Assembly: GCA_051294375.1 (NCBI GenBank)
Contig: CM119269.1
Location: 21,623,665-21,687,664, forward strand
From: Paraspadella gotoi
Lineage: Eukaryota > Animalia > Chaetognatha
Length of the DNA stretch: 64,000 nucleotides
Direction of reading: 5' to 3'
Position numbers and translations under genes: made by a program
Notes under the pieces: generated by a model
The model's database searches: none
What the model was told of the DNA's origin: nothing
Seen by the model: only the letters and a program-made list of their open reading frames with translations
Part shown: positions 28,301 to 41,897 of the stretch, in pieces
How the letters are laid out: every line of letters begins with the position of its first letter
How positions within the stretch are numbered: the first letter of the stretch is position 1

Positions 28301-28517
28301 TCTTATGCTTCTTTATGACGACCGACAAATCCAGAACCAATTTGTACCCAGCCTCTGACCCTTCTTCCATCAACGACCCAACCTCTTCCATCTCCAACCA
28401 ATTTTCTCTTTCGATTCCCGACATCAAAGATCGAAAGAAGGAGGAGGAGGGAGGAGGAGAGAGGAGGAGGAGGAGGAAGATGAAGAAGAAAGCGATCGCT
28501 TCCTTCGAAACCGAAAT

Positions 28518-28548
<31 letters not shown>

Positions 28549-30094
28549 ACGACGACGACGTTCGGTCTCGAAAAATTAGAATCGGAGTTCAAATTCGGGG
28601 AGAAAATGGAGTCCGAGTCTCAGGAGAGCGAAAGATTCGGAAAAAAACGAGTCAAAAGAGAAAACATCGAAAAACGAAGGAGAAGAAGAAGCAAGGAGTT
28701 CGAAGGACGCCCAGGAGATGAAGAGGGCAGCGGAGCAGCTCTGGTGGAGGGGGGACGCGGGCTGGCGGTCTCGGCAGTAGCGATGGAACGCGGCTCTGCC
28801 GTTGCGAAAGCGGCGTCCCGGCGGGCTCCTGTAACAGCGCTGCCGCGGGGGAAGAAATGAGAAAAGACGGAAGCGAAATTCAATGATCGAATCTTTTCAT
28901 AAACGTCGCAGCTTTGATCCTTTTTTCTGTCAGAGGATCCAAGTCGAATCTAAGCGTCGATCCGATCGAGAATTTGAGCGCCGATCTAAACGACGGCCAC
29001 GCCCACCCGGCGCCGAATCCGGCCATGTTGGCTTCCGTGACTTCGATGGAGTCATGGATTTCTTCAACGAATCTCACGATTTTCTCTTCGACGATCACGT
29101 CGTCTTCACGTGAGCGACGAAACTCACCCGAATCGAAAGATAGCGGCGCCGAAATCCGTGATCGATGACGCCGCTTCGATCCGGGACGTCAACGCCCACT
29201 TCGATCTTTGCCGACGCGTCTACTTCCGACTCAAACTCTCTCTCGCGACAAAAACTAACAAAGATAACGACGCACGACGACGACGACGACGACGACAGAG
29301 ATGATGATTTAGATACTTTGTCATCATCGACTGACACGGTTGTCGATGAAGACGAATCAAAATCATAACTTCGGTGACGCCGACTCCTTTGGAGGCAAAT
29401 CCCAGACGCCGATAAATCCTATAAACCCAACAAATCCGAGGATTTATCCGGAATCAGTTGCCGGAAAAACCGGGCTTTTGCCGAAACCGAATTCCGTTTC
29501 GGAAGTGAGTGAAGACGTCTTCCGGGGGAACTCCTGCGGCCGGATCCACGGAGCCTCAAAGCCTCAATCCGCGCTTCGCCCTTCGACGACCTGCTTCGAT
29601 AGATTCGACCGACTTCTCTCGCGGCGGCGGCAGCAGGCAGCGGCGACACCGCCAAGCACCGCGTCACCTTCGGCTCCGTCTCTCAAAAGTCTCCTTCCCG
29701 CGCTTCGCCGCCGCCGCTGCCGCCGCTGCTGGGCGGCTTCGTCTCCATGCCGAATCTGGCCGTCCGTTCCTTTCGCGATCTCCCGCGGAATGGATCGTCG
29801 AAGCCTCGTTGGTTCCAAGTCGCTCGTCGAAGGGGGAAGACGGCGCAGCCGAAGAGAGGGGATGTGGACAAGATGTGTTGGCGGCGTTCGTGATGCGGAG
29901 AGCGGCGATCGAGTCGGCGACATGAAGAAGGAGGAAGTAAGGAGGAGGAANNNNNNNNNNNNNNNNNNNNNNNNNATAAATGACAAAACGAAATCGAGTT
30001 CGATCAGAGAAATAATTTAAGGAAATGATTGAAAGAATGCTGACTTGCTGAGTGTCATATTTTCTGTTCAGCTACCTCTCTTTCTTTCTTACTT

Positions 30095-30169
<75 letters not shown>

Positions 30170-30212
30170 CCCACCTCGCGTTGGTGATAAGCAGCACTCA
30201 CTCACATCTCTA

Positions 30213-31413
30213 GTCACGTGATATAACCGACCCCCAAATTACCAAATCTCCCTTCACCAAAACGCCGCTTCCCATTTTTCCACAAAAAAAGTTCCCCAAT
30301 CTCCCGCCAAGCAATCTCCCGCCAAGCAATCTGTCTTCGACCAAGCTCCGGCCAAGCAGGCTCCGCAACCACCGCCGCATCAGCCGCAGCAGCGACAGCA
30401 GCAACAGCAGCAGCGACAACAACGACAGCAGCAGCCCGACGCCGCCTCGTCGATCAAGCGGCCGGGCCTCGCCGGAATCCCTCGTCCGAGTCGAGGACCG
30501 CCAGTTCAAACGCCGACGCAGACGACGACGCCGTCTCCCGGCGTCAAAGTGACGCCGCCGACTCCGCCGGCTCAACCGACGCCGCGAATTCCACCGACGC
30601 AGCTCTCGTCTCAAATGCCGACGTTGACAAGATCCGCTTCCAATTTGGAAAGAGGATCCTTGACTCAGAGGCCGATGGTACAAGGATATCCTGTCGTCGT
30701 GAAGCCAATGACGAGAGGATCGAAAGACGATAACGATTACGATGATCCTGACGACGGAAGAACGCCGCACTCAGCCGTGCAGCAGCTCAAACCCGCCGTG
30801 GCCAAGAAACCCGTCACGCCGCCCAAGGCTGGACCAGCGGGGGCGAGGGCCCGTGCCATGGCGGCCGCTAAGGCTATGGAGGAGGCGGCGGAGAAGGAGA
30901 CGACGACGAATAATTTGACCGCCTCCTCCGCCGACGACGCCGCCGCCGCCGCCGCCGCCGCCAAGGATACTTCTCCGCCCAAATCGCCGAAAGGCAGCGC
31001 CGCCGCGGCAGCGAGAGCCAGGGCGGCAGCAGCAGTGGCGGCGGCGGAGGAGAAAACTAAGGAAACGAAGACGGAAATTAGGTCGGCGGAATCGTCCGGC
31101 GCCGCCGACCACGCCGATTTCCCGGCACCGTCTCCTTTCACTCCGGCGTTTCCGGAAGAGTCTCCTCGATTCACCCCAGCTTTCTCGGCGCAGGACTCGA
31201 GTTCGCCGGAAGATCCGGTCAAGATTTTTCGAAATATCGCTAGTTTGGTCAACGGGGATGTCAAGAGCGGTGGAGGCGGCGGCGGAAGCGGTGGCGACGC
31301 CGACAGCAGCGCCGGGGTCAGCTCCGGCAGCGGCGAGGGCAAACCGGAAACAGATTCTCGGCAAGGTTTCGGGACTCAAGACAATAGAACCACGATCGAT
31401 ATGCAACCGAAGC
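30213..31413 (+). CDS. Large Q/P/A/S-rich exon of the AIP3-domain gene (5' boundary approximate)
   Basis: ORF 30549..31439 with GC-rich coding-like sequence upstream. Donor 'ccgaagc|gtaagt' at 31413 is phase 1 and fits the acceptor at 33149. Confidence 0.7.
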
Positions 31414-32707
31414 GTAAGTCGCAAAAGATAAAAAGTTGAACGATTTGAGTTCTCTCGCTCTGACAAATTTATTCACGGCTTTTTATTACACGTGAGTACA
31501 GGGTGATAATTTAAAAATGAGTCGCTGAAAAATGATTGTAGTCTATGAATTATAAAAAGTTTTATTTTTTTGCCTTCATGGAAATCATATTTTTAGCGGC
31601 AATTTTAAAATTTTATCCTTGTTTCATATTTAAAAATTATATAAATAATTTATATTAATAATTAAAAATATTAAAATTAAATTTATATTTTAAACTTTTA
31701 TATTTTTTACTATTACATTAAAGTCTTGGATGATTAACGGAGCGAGAACATATTGCAGAATAATATCTGTAATTCAATTTTGTGGAATTTTGGGCAACCA
31801 ATTTTATCGAGTCGTCATGTAGGGGCAGGCATGCGTTTCACTAGGATTTCTCGTAGTCTGTCTTTTAGACTCTTCGTCTACCAACAACATTCGCAAGTTG
31901 CTTTCCGTTTAACGCAGAACTGTCCGGGCGTTCTGAGTCATTTACTTTTTAAGGCTAAATTATAAATATATATATATATCTAGAAGCAAAACTGTTTAAT
32001 GGCCAAAACGCAGACCTAGGTCCAAAAAGCTTTCAAACTAACCAAAAAAAAACACAAACTTTTTCCAGTTTTGGATCATTTAGTGTTGAAAACATCAGAA
32101 ATTGAGAGTAAGTTTAAACATCAGTGTTGTAAGTATGTGAATAATATCACGTCATTGCACAATAATTAATTTCGTCGTGGTCTTTTGATTAACTAGAATC
32201 AACTTTGAAAAAATATAAATTTAGGAATTTGATTTCGCTAGAATTTGCTTTTGTTAAAAAAAATAATTAAAACTTGTTAAAATACAAATTCAGGAAGTCG
32301 AAAAAAGTCACACTTATTCTGAGAATCAATTTCTTCACTTTTCAAATGTTTTTTTTTTCTTATTCACTCTGTCGCTTTCTTAGAATTCTTTGGGATTTGC
32401 TCGTCTTAGATATTTCCTAGAATGTAGATTGTCGTAATAATATTGATTGCTTGCTTCGATTGGTGCATTGATTAATGGCTCGATCTAGATTTATTGCTTG
32501 TTTGCTTGTTTGTGCTTGTTTGCTGAATAAAATGATTGTATGATTGTTAAAAAACGTAGAAAGAATGAGGTAATTGATTGATTGATCGATTGGAACCCGG
32601 TGATTGATCAATTTGGCACGCTCTGCACCTCACATTTAACTCACTCACGCTTTATCCTCTTCTTCTCTCCGCCTTTTTCCTCTTTTCTTCCCCTTTAATC
32701 GCTTTTT

Positions 32708-32784
32708 GTCTACGCAATACCATAACTTAATGTCTTTTGGTCTACGCAATACCATAACTTAATGTATTTTGGTCTACGCAATAC
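32708..32784. repeat. 32-bp tandem repeat, about 2.4 copies
   Basis: Unit gtctacgcaataccataacttaatgtcttttg; also present in copies A-C. Confidence 0.85.
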
Positions 32785-33148
32785 TCTCACAACCGTAATC
32801 GTATTACTACATTTTCTCTCATTTTTATGTTTTCGTGATATTTTTTTTTATTCTATCGTGTTGTGTTGTGCGCTTCCGTATTTTTTTTTTTATTTTCCCA
32901 TAATTTTATTACTTATCCGTAACAAACGGGGATGACATGCGATTTCCTTGCTTTTTATTTTAAAATAAAATCTCAATAACAAAAAAAAAACAACTAACTC
33001 TCTTCTTTCTCTCTTTTTTTTTTTCTTTATAATTTCATTGTCATTCGTAATAAACTTCCGATCTTTTTTTACATGTATTAAATAAACGAACAAATCTAAT
33101 CTTTTCCTCTTATATTCTTATGCTTCTTATGACGACCGACAAATCCAG

Positions 33149-33328
33149 AACCCAATTTGTACCCAGCCTCTGACCCTTCTTCCATCAACGACCCAACCTC
33201 TTCCATCTCCAACCAATTTTCTCTTTCGATTCCCGACATCAAAGATCGAAAGAAGGAGGAGGAGGAGGAGGAGGAGGAGGAGGAGGAGGAAGATGAGAAG
33301 AAAGCGATCGCTTCCTTCGAAACCAAAT

Positions 33329-33365
<37 letters not shown>

Positions 33366-34072
33366 TTCGCGTCTCGAAAAATTAGAATCGAAGTCAAATT
33401 CGGGGAGAAAATGGAGTCCGAGTCTCAGGAGCGAAGATTCGGAAAAAAACGAGTCAAAAGAGAAAAACATCGAAAAACGAAGGAGAAGAAGAAGCAAGGA
33501 GTCGAAGGACGCCCCAGGAGATGAAGAGGGCAGCGGAGCAGCGGTGGAGGGGGGACGCGGGGCTGCGGCTTCGGCAGTAGCGATGGAACGCGGCTCTGCC
33601 GTTGCGAAAGGCGGCGTCCCGGCGGCTCCTGTAACAGCGCTGCCGCGGGGGGAAGAAAATGAGAAAAGACGGAAGCGAAATTCAATGATCGAATCTTTTT
33701 CAAAAATCGTCGCAGCTTTCGATCCTTTTTCTGTCAGAGGATCCAAGTCGAATCTAAGCGTCGATCCGATCGAGAATTTGAGCGCCGATCTAAACGACGG
33801 CCACGCCCACCCGGCGCCGAATCCGGCCATGTTGGCTTCCGTGACTTCGATGGAGTCCATGGATTCTTTCACGAAATCTCACGATTTTCTCTTCGACGAT
33901 CACGTCGTCTTCACGGTGAGCGACGAAACTCACCCGAATCGAAAGATAGCGGCGCCGAAATCCGTGATCGATGACGCCGCTTCGATCCGGACGTCAACGC
34001 CCACTTCGATCTTTGCCGACGCGTCTACTTCCGACTCAAACTCTCTCCTCGCGACAAAAACTAACAAAGATA

Positions 34073-34110
<38 letters not shown>

Positions 34111-35844
34111 AGAGATGATGATTTAGATACTTTGTCATCATCGACTGACACGGTTGTCGATGAAGACGAATCAAAATCAACTTCGGTGACGCCGACTCCT
34201 TTGGATGGCAAATCCCAGACGCCGATAAATCCTATAAAGCCCAACGAAATCCGAGGATTTATCCGGAATCAGTTGCCGGAAAAACCGGCGCTTTTGCCGA
34301 AACCGAATTCCGTTTCGGAAGTGGAGGTGAAGACGTCTTCCGGGGGAACTCCTGCGGCCGGATCCACGGAGCCTCAAAAGCCTCAATCGCGCCTTCGCCC
34401 TTCGACGACCTGCTTCGATAGATCGACCGACTTCCTCGGCGGCGGCGGCGGCGGCAGCGGCAGCGGCGACACCGCCAAGCACCGCGTCACCTTCGGCTCC
34501 GTCTCTCAAAAGTCTCCTTCCCCCGCTTCGCCGCCGCCGCTGCCGCCGCTGCTGGGCGGCTTCGTCTCCATGCCGAATCTGGCCGAGTCCGTTCCTTCGC
34601 GATCTCCCGCGGAATGGATCGTCGAGCCTCGTTTGGTTCCAGCGCCTCGTCGAAGGGGGAAGACGGCGCAGCCGAAGAGAGGGGATGTGGACAAGATGTT
34701 GGCGGCGTTCGTGATGCGGAGAGCGGCGTCGATGTCGGCGATGAAGGAGGAAGAGGAGGAAGGGGCGAGAAGTGGAAGGGGTGTCGGGGAAGAGGAAGAG
34801 GAAGAGGGGGTGAGGAGTGAAGGGAGTGTCGGGGCGGGAGAGACGAGACCGTCCAAACCTAATAGAACTGACATCGATTTGGATAAACTGAAAAAGATGG
34901 CGTTGGATCGAAAGAAAACTCCCCCAACTCCTCCGCCCGACAATCCCGTCAAGATGCAAACATCTTCCTCCAAGGACAAACACCTCCAACAGTCCGTCGA
35001 CGACTCTCGATCCACGACTTCCCAACATCTCGTCGCCGATCCTTCGATGCTCGATCGATCTCAAACGCTTCCCCTCGATTTTACGATTTCGGAGAAAAAG
35101 CAAAAAGAAAAGAAGAAAGAGAAAAAGAAGAAGCCTTTGGCGGACGAAGCGTTGGACGCCTTCCGATCACCCTTTAACGCGGACGACGCCGTCTCCCTCC
35201 CTCCACCGTCTCCCTCTCACTCTGACATCTCTTGCTCGTCTCTCTCTTCTCTCCCCAACTTTTCTCTTCGCGAAAACAAGAGAAAGGATTTTTTCTCCTC
35301 CAACGTCTCCCTCTCTTCTCCGAAAACGTCTCGTCACTCTGTCTCTATCAAGGCCGTCGCCGAATCTCCCAAAGCCTCTCTAAGACCGGCTCTGTCCTCT
35401 GCTTCTCCTTACTCCGTGCCTCGAGCTCGTTCTTCTCTCGGTTTCCAATTTATGCCTTTCTCATCCTCTCATTCTATTTCATCTCCTCATCTTTCTTTTT
35501 CATCCACTCATCTTCCTTTTTCATCCACTCATCTTCCTTTCTCATCTCTTCATCCTGACTCTAACCCTGTATCCGTCGCGCGTTCCTCACTCGTTACTCA
35601 CCCGACTCACTCACCCAAATCACCCACCTCCCTTTCCTACTCACCCGCCCACGTGTCCCCCGCGTGTTTCTCCTCATCCGCTTTCCTCTTTCCTCCTTCC
35701 TCCCTCTCTTCCTCCATCTCTTTCTCTTCCTCCCCAACTTCTCCCTCCGCAGCCTCGTTGGCCAGCATCCCGCTCCACATCAACGGAGATTCGACTCCGT
35801 TGGTCAGGAAACCCGCCATCATTCGACCCATCACGCCGGCACAG
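33149..35844 (+). CDS. 2.7-kb low-complexity exon (poly-E, poly-D, S/P-rich) of the AIP3-domain gene
   Basis: 899-aa ORF 33157..35856. Acceptor 'aaatccag|aa'. Donor 'gcacag|gttttt' is phase 0 and matches the next exon. Confidence 0.8.
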
Positions 35845-36296
35845 GTTTTTTTTTAATAGTTTGTTAAATTTGTATCATTAACTATTTGTTAGTTGTTTTT
35901 TTTTTAGTTTCTTAAGTTTATTTTTATCGCTTTTTTAGTTTTAGAAATTTATATTCTTCGTTTTGTTTCTTTTGTATTTTTGTTTCTTTTTAAGTTTTTT
36001 TCTTGTGTTTTTTTTTTTTGTTAATTTTTTTTTAACTTTGTTTGTTTAGATTTTTATGTTTCTTAACTTTATTTCTTTTCTTTTTATCTATTTTTTTCCT
36101 TTTTTTGGTTATTTTGTTTTCTTTTTTCTTTTTTGGTTAAATTTTCATTTTTCAGGAATTGATATTAATTAATGTTAGATAATGAAATGTTAATTCAGAC
36201 TTTTTTCTTGTTTCTTTCATTCTTCTATTTTAAGTAAATCATAGGGTATTACCAATTTCATTTAAACATTATTTCTAAATTCATTTTATCGTACAG

Positions 36297-36473
36297 TTAA
36301 CGGTTGGCACAAACGTCAAATCCTCAATTTTCGGTTTAAAATTGAAAACCGAAGATTTGAAGAAGAAAGTTGACGATATGAAAGACATTCAAGTGGCTTA
36401 TATGAGAAGTATCGATAAGACGATTCAACAGGCGGCAGAGATGATGATGACCGCCGTACAGAATACCGTAGAG
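36297..36473 (+). CDS. AIP3/Bud6-type coiled-coil exon (SRCIN1/KIAA1217/CG32809-like)
   Basis: AG/GT-bounded 177 nt reading LTVGTNVKSSIFGLKLKTEDLKKKVDDMKDIQVAYMRSIDKTIQQAAEMMMTAVQNTVE; phase 0 at both ends. Confidence 0.8.
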
Positions 36474-36779
36474 GTATAAACATTACTCATAAATACGGTT
36501 TCTCTATTACTATTAAGATAGTTTGATGTAGTCTTGAATAAAAACTCCATTCAAAACTGATTAGACATTGTTTAACTAAAATTCTCGAGCTGAAATGTAG
36601 TTGAATTTTAATAAAATTTAAGGTTGACAGAAATTTTTTTTACTTACTTTTAGCTTTTTTTTCACTACAGTTTTGCTTAATTTTTACTCAGAATATAGTA
36701 TAAAACTAATTTTTAAAGTTTCTCTCACATAATTTTTACAATATGACATTTTACGCAATCATTTGTAACCCTCATTCAG

Positions 36780-36916
36780 ACATCAGGCAGCGCGGAAGGT
36801 GATCAACTCTTGAAGGATCTTCAAGAGGATCATCCAGTGCGGCTCCAACGACTTCAAGTCTCCAAGTTCCATCGCGCCTTCAGCAACGACATGACCAAAG
36901 TCTCTCAAGAGCTCAG
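36780..36916 (+). CDS. AIP3-domain exon
   Basis: Reads TSGSAEGDQLLKDLQEDHPVRLQRLQVSKFHRAFSNDMTKVSQEL(S), similar to the SRCIN1-family 'EDPLQRQR..V' helix. Ends phase 2. Confidence 0.8.
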
Positions 36917-38412
36917 GTCAGAATTTGTCATTTTATTTTTTAAGTTATTGAGTTAAGTGGTTAACTAGTTAAGTGGTTCATCCCTTACAAGATAATAACA
37001 TAGCAGGACCCTCACTCTCTGTCCCGTTTATTAACGTACAGAGCACATTGCTTTCTTATCAATGTATCAATTTGTTAAATAATGTTTTAAGAGCTGTTTT
37101 AATTGTATAAAAGGGCCACTTCCCTAGCGGTTAAATTGGTTAAGACATTTTTTAAAACTTTTTTCCATTCTTCAAGAAAGATTGGAGATAAAAATTAATT
37201 ATATTTGCTCTCGATAAAAAAAAATAATTTCCAGTCAATATAGGTTTCTTTACTTTTATATGAGTAAAGTTCTTAAAATAGACCAGCTACCTTTCAATTA
37301 AGGACACTTCAGATCTCGAATTCCTTTTTCAAACATTTTCTTTTCCCCATCGCATTCCAAAAGCTTTTTTTTTCCTTCAATTTCTTCTTTTCTCCTTTTG
37401 TTTCGCGTCGTTCGACCGCGAAATTCCTTTTGTCTATTAATTCATTGTCAACCGCTTCCCTTTTGTCATTTTTTCTGAGGGGGGACCAGGAGGGGACCAA
37501 GCGCAAATTGTTGGCATAATATGGTTTGTCTTTTGTTTGTTTAGAATGATAAATTTTCATATTATTCAGTTTATTATGGCGCTATCGTTTTTAAACACGT
37601 TTGTTGCTACGAATATCAATTATCAATTGATTTATAAATTGTACCATAAAAAGCACTTGGGAACAAATAAAAGAAAACAGTACAATACAAACCTGATACT
37701 AGGGGTAGCCCCACTCAATGGAGTGAATCAAAAATTTAGAATGATTATATGCTCAAACGAAAATTTATACATTTTTAAGTATACTTTCAATGGACAAAAC
37801 ATTTCTTATGTGGCTCTATACCCAAATAATTAATTTTTTAATATTTATTTATAAATAGGAAAGGCCAAAAATTTTTTGGATAATTTTTAAATTTTAAGAC
37901 CAGATTCAGATAGCTCATAAAAAGTTGTCTGCACAAAGTATAATTCTTTTTTAAATATTTTCATGATAAGTGAGTCAAAAATAAGAAAAACTGGTCCCTA
38001 CAATACAATACACTACAATACAATACAATACAAGCTTTAAATTTACTTCACTTCCACTCGCTTCAAATCTTTGGCGACAGAAATTCGACCGCGCGACGCG
38101 TCACGCTCATTGCAGTCTGGACAACCGAACCAGATGGTCGCTCACTGGCGCCAACAATTCCTTTTTTTTTTAATTGACGCGGTCATTTTTTTAATTTTTA
38201 CAAATTTTCTTTTTTTCTAATAATTATTTTTTTCGTCTTTGAAAATCAGTCTAGTACCATTTCTCAGTTTCAATTTCATTTCATTTTTTTTTCTTTTAGT
38301 TTTTTTTATTTAATTAAATAATATAATATACAATCGGTCCATCGAGAACGTGATTCATTCAATTAAACTTTTGAATCATACACAATCAAATTGATAGGAT
38401 CGAAATTGCGTT

Positions 38413-38477
38413 TCATTCGTTGGCACCGATTTTATCCGTGATCCATTTGACGTAACGGGCCGTCTTAGTGTAGACTC
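38413..38477 (-). CDS. Trypsin-family protease last exon
   Basis: 'tttttag|ga' then GVYTKTARYVKWITDKIGANE*. Confidence 0.93.
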
Positions 38478-39293
38478 CTAAAAATGTAATAATTTTATTA
38501 ATATTCTCAATAATAATCTCAATGATAATCTCGCTTATAATCTCAATAATAATTTTAAGTATAATCTCAATACTAATCTCAATAAAAATATAATAATAAT
38601 AATGTAGTGGTACATAAGAACATGTATCAACAATAATGCATAACAGAGAGAGACCTCTTCAATAATATAATAATCTTATGTATAATCTTAATAAGAATCT
38701 CAACCGGTCGAAATTGTCGAAGCGAAACGTTTATTTTCTGGGATGGATTTCTTCCCCCCCCCCCTTTGCCCCTTCCTACCCCTGACTCAGGGCCTGAGGG
38801 AGGCGATTCGTCCTTTCGCAGGAAATTATTTATTTATTTTTAGTCAGCGGCAAAAGGGCGAATCGATAACACACTTTTTTGGTCGGTCTTAGATTGATAA
38901 AATAAGCTTGAATAAAAAAGTATAAAAGTATTTTTTTTAAAATGTTTTATCATTTTCAAATTTAAATACTGTAAGAAAGTATTAATAATAACTAATATTT
39001 ATTTATGCTTTGATAAAAAAAATAAAACTGTGACCGATTAAATTTGTACTTTTTTACTTAATTAAATAGTACAGAGTTATCAGTTAATTAGTTATTGGGT
39101 GTTTATATTTATTAGACTATTTTTATTTAATATTAAATAATTTACATACTATAATATTATTTTAATTAATACTTAGTAAGTTAGTATAATAATTAAAAAA
39201 ACATATTTTTATTTTTATCTTTATATAATCTTTTCAGGATACATGAAAAAAATAAATTAATACCGCGCAGCCACTTGAAATCGCCCTTCCTCA

Positions 39294-39608
<315 letters not shown>

Positions 39609-39639
39609 TTATAATATATGGCAGGTAATATGGCCTTAT

Positions 39640-39860
39640 ATGAAATTGGTACAACCAATATAAAAATTATTCAATCATTTAATAATTAAGCTATCTTGCC
39701 CCTGACTTTGGACAGGCTTTGGTGGTTTAAGGCCTCCATCACTCTTACAAAAAAATGACATATCAATCAAGACTCTCTCACAGTCTCTTTTATTCACTCC
39801 CAGAGTACCTGACTTCCCTATCAATGAAGTGTTATTATGTTTCAAAGAATGTTTCATTTG
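39640..39860 (-). mobile_element. Interspersed repeat, possibly a Penelope-like ORF 3'-end remnant (other pieces at ~53670-53820, 61160-61270 inverted, 61685-61740)
   Basis: Shared blocks 'ggcctccatcactctta', 'gactctctcacagtctc' and 'atgaaattggtacaaccaatataaaaattat'. Minus translation H.....N....KR..E..EI......SDGGL resembles GIY-YIG C-termini of Penelope-like elements. Confidence 0.45.
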
Positions 39861-39910
39861 TATGAAAAGACCATTCCCTTAATTATTAGATTAGAATTAG
39901 ATTTTATAAA

Positions 39911-40094
39911 AGATGGCATCTGATTTTCAAAGAAATGGCAAAGGCAGATGAGACGGCATCTGATTTTCAAAGAAATGGCAAAGGCATATGAGACGGCATC
40001 TGATTTTCAAAGAAATGGCAAAGGCAGATGAGACGGCATCTGATTTTCAAAGAAATGGCGAAGGCAGATGAGACGGCATCTGATTTTCAGATGA
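39911..40094. repeat. 40-bp minisatellite, about 4.5 copies, in a protease intron
   Basis: Unit agatgagacggcatctgattttcaaagaaatggcaaaggc. Confidence 0.95.
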
Positions 40095-40679
40095 GAAGGG
40101 ATTTGAGTCGTAAATCCGCTGAGATTTATTTCCGGTTAATAGGATCACAGTGGGAAATCTTCCAACCCTTTCGGCCGACACCCACGTCGCCCCCTTGGAC
40201 CCTCCTCTCTTTTTTTGAAAAGGAAAATGGCTTCTTCCTTTTTTCTTCTTCTTTTTATCTTTCTTTTCCATTTTGTCTCACCGATTTCAAGACTCACTCA
40301 CTCACTCTGTGATTTCTTTACTGATAAATTCAGTCCGTCGATCGATTCTCGCTTCTCATTTACTCATTCTTCCCCCTTCCCCACTTTTTTGGACTCTTCC
40401 TCTCAAATTTTAAATTTAAATTTTAGATATTATATATTTAATATTATTTTTTTATCTTTTTAAGATTCAATTTTCTTTTCGTCTGGCATATATACATTTT
40501 CATTTTCATTTTTCTAACGAATAGGCCAAATGCCTACTCATTTATCAAAAATATGGGGAAATTGAATGAACACCTTCTGACTTGTAATTATATTTTATAT
40601 ATTTTATATAAAGACTCCAAAACAAGACAGTTTTCTTGCCGAAAAACAGTTTTCTCACCCAAAAAAACAGTTTTCTTAC

Positions 40680-40825
40680 CTGACAGGAATCTTTCCCTCC
40701 TGCCTCCAATCCCGCGCATAAATTACTGTCCCAAACTCTTCCTTTGTAAAATTTATACGTGTTGCATTTCGTTGGACCGAAAACTGGAAGCGTCACTTCT
40801 TGCAGAGACGTTGGAAGTTCGCCAT
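40680..40825 (-). CDS. Trypsin-family protease exon
   Basis: Reads GELPTSLQEVTLPVFGPTKCNTYKFYKGRVWDSNLCAGLEAGGKDSCQ, followed by 'gtaaga'. The Asp in KDSCQ implies trypsin-like specificity. Confidence 0.95.
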
Positions 40826-40891
40826 CTGGCGGGGCAAAGATAAACGAGAGAGAAGGAGAGAGAGAGAGAGAGAGAGAGAGAAGAGAGCGAG

Positions 40892-40927
<36 letters not shown>

Positions 40928-41034
40928 ATGGATATCAAAATAAAACGCGAAGAAGAAAAAAGGAGAAAGAAAGTGAAAAAAAGCAAAGGATTATAATTTT
41001 TTCTTTATAGAAATTTTAAAAGAGAAGACAAATA

Positions 41035-41244
41035 GGCACTATTTTTAAAAAAGGCCCCATTTTTGTTACTAATTCCTAAATTTAACCCTATTTTTTTTCT
41101 AATTATTTAATCTAATCTCAAACCTTAATCCTTCACCCTATTTTTTTTAATCTATTGCCTAACCCTTACCCTTAACCAAATCCTTAAACATAAAAATAGA
41201 TTTAATTCTGAAATTAAGATTGGTCGCTTTAGGAAAAGATGGCC
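41035..41244. mobile_element. MITE with GG-starting terminal inverted repeats and internal TAATCC/TAACCC-like hexamers
   Basis: Ends 'ggcactatttt..' and '..aggaaaagatggcc'; flanks gacaaata / gacagatt form a degenerate 8-bp duplication. Related to 56611-56921. Confidence 0.55.
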
Positions 41245-41687
41245 GACAGATTTATAGTGAGTTTCACTTGAATGATTACAATTGAAAAAGTGAAAAAGTT
41301 TGTTCCATTTTTTCTTCTTTTTAAAAAAAAATAGTTTTCCTCTCTTTTTCTCATTTTAGAGTCTTGATGGAATTACGAGCTGAATGCCTCTCTCTCTCTC
41401 TCTCTNNNNNNNNNNAGAGAGAGAGAAAGGAAATAAGAAAGAAAGAAAACACTCTCTCTCAAAAAAGAAGAGAATTTGAAGTTTGAGGAAGAAAAGAAGA
41501 GAGAGAACAAGACAGGTTCGCCATTGTCTTAATGGAAAGTCATTGTTCCATTTGGACCAAATCTATAAATCCTAAAGAATTCCGTTTCGATCCGTCTTCA
41601 TCTTTTTGCAACAAAACAGAGAAGAACGAGGATAGAGAATGAGAGGATGAGAGAGAGACAGAGACACCGTCTCAAAAACAATGTCTT

Positions 41688-41763
<76 letters not shown>

Positions 41764-41897
41764 AAGACGAACAGTGATTGAGTGAGTGAATGAATGGGTG
41801 AAAAAGAGAGAGACAGAGTAAAACAGAGAGAGAGTGTGTGAATAAACGTAACATAGATAAAGAGAGACAAGAGTCAGACAGAGATAGAGACACTCAC

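Larger units (their letters stand above)
22656..29950 (+). repeat. Copy C of the repeated locus (intermediate quality), bounded by 25-N gaps
   Basis: Collinear with copy B from 10135 onward. Truncated inside the large exon at the gap 29951-29975. Confidence 0.9.
29976..37695 (+). repeat. Copy D of the repeated locus (best quality; continues into unique sequence)
   Basis: Only copy with intact long ORFs (296 aa and 899 aa) and clean splice phases. The segment between two (CT)n tracts seen in copies A-C is missing near 30100-30165. Confidence 0.9.

Noticed and set aside
33096-35103. Long minus-strand ORFs (258 aa, 308 aa, 169 aa), and similar ones at 30737-31466
   Set aside because: Antisense shadows of the GC-rich + strand exons, with no independent motifs.
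39911-40094. CRISPR-like array
   Set aside because: Head-to-tail repeats without unique spacers, no cas genes, and a spliced eukaryotic context.
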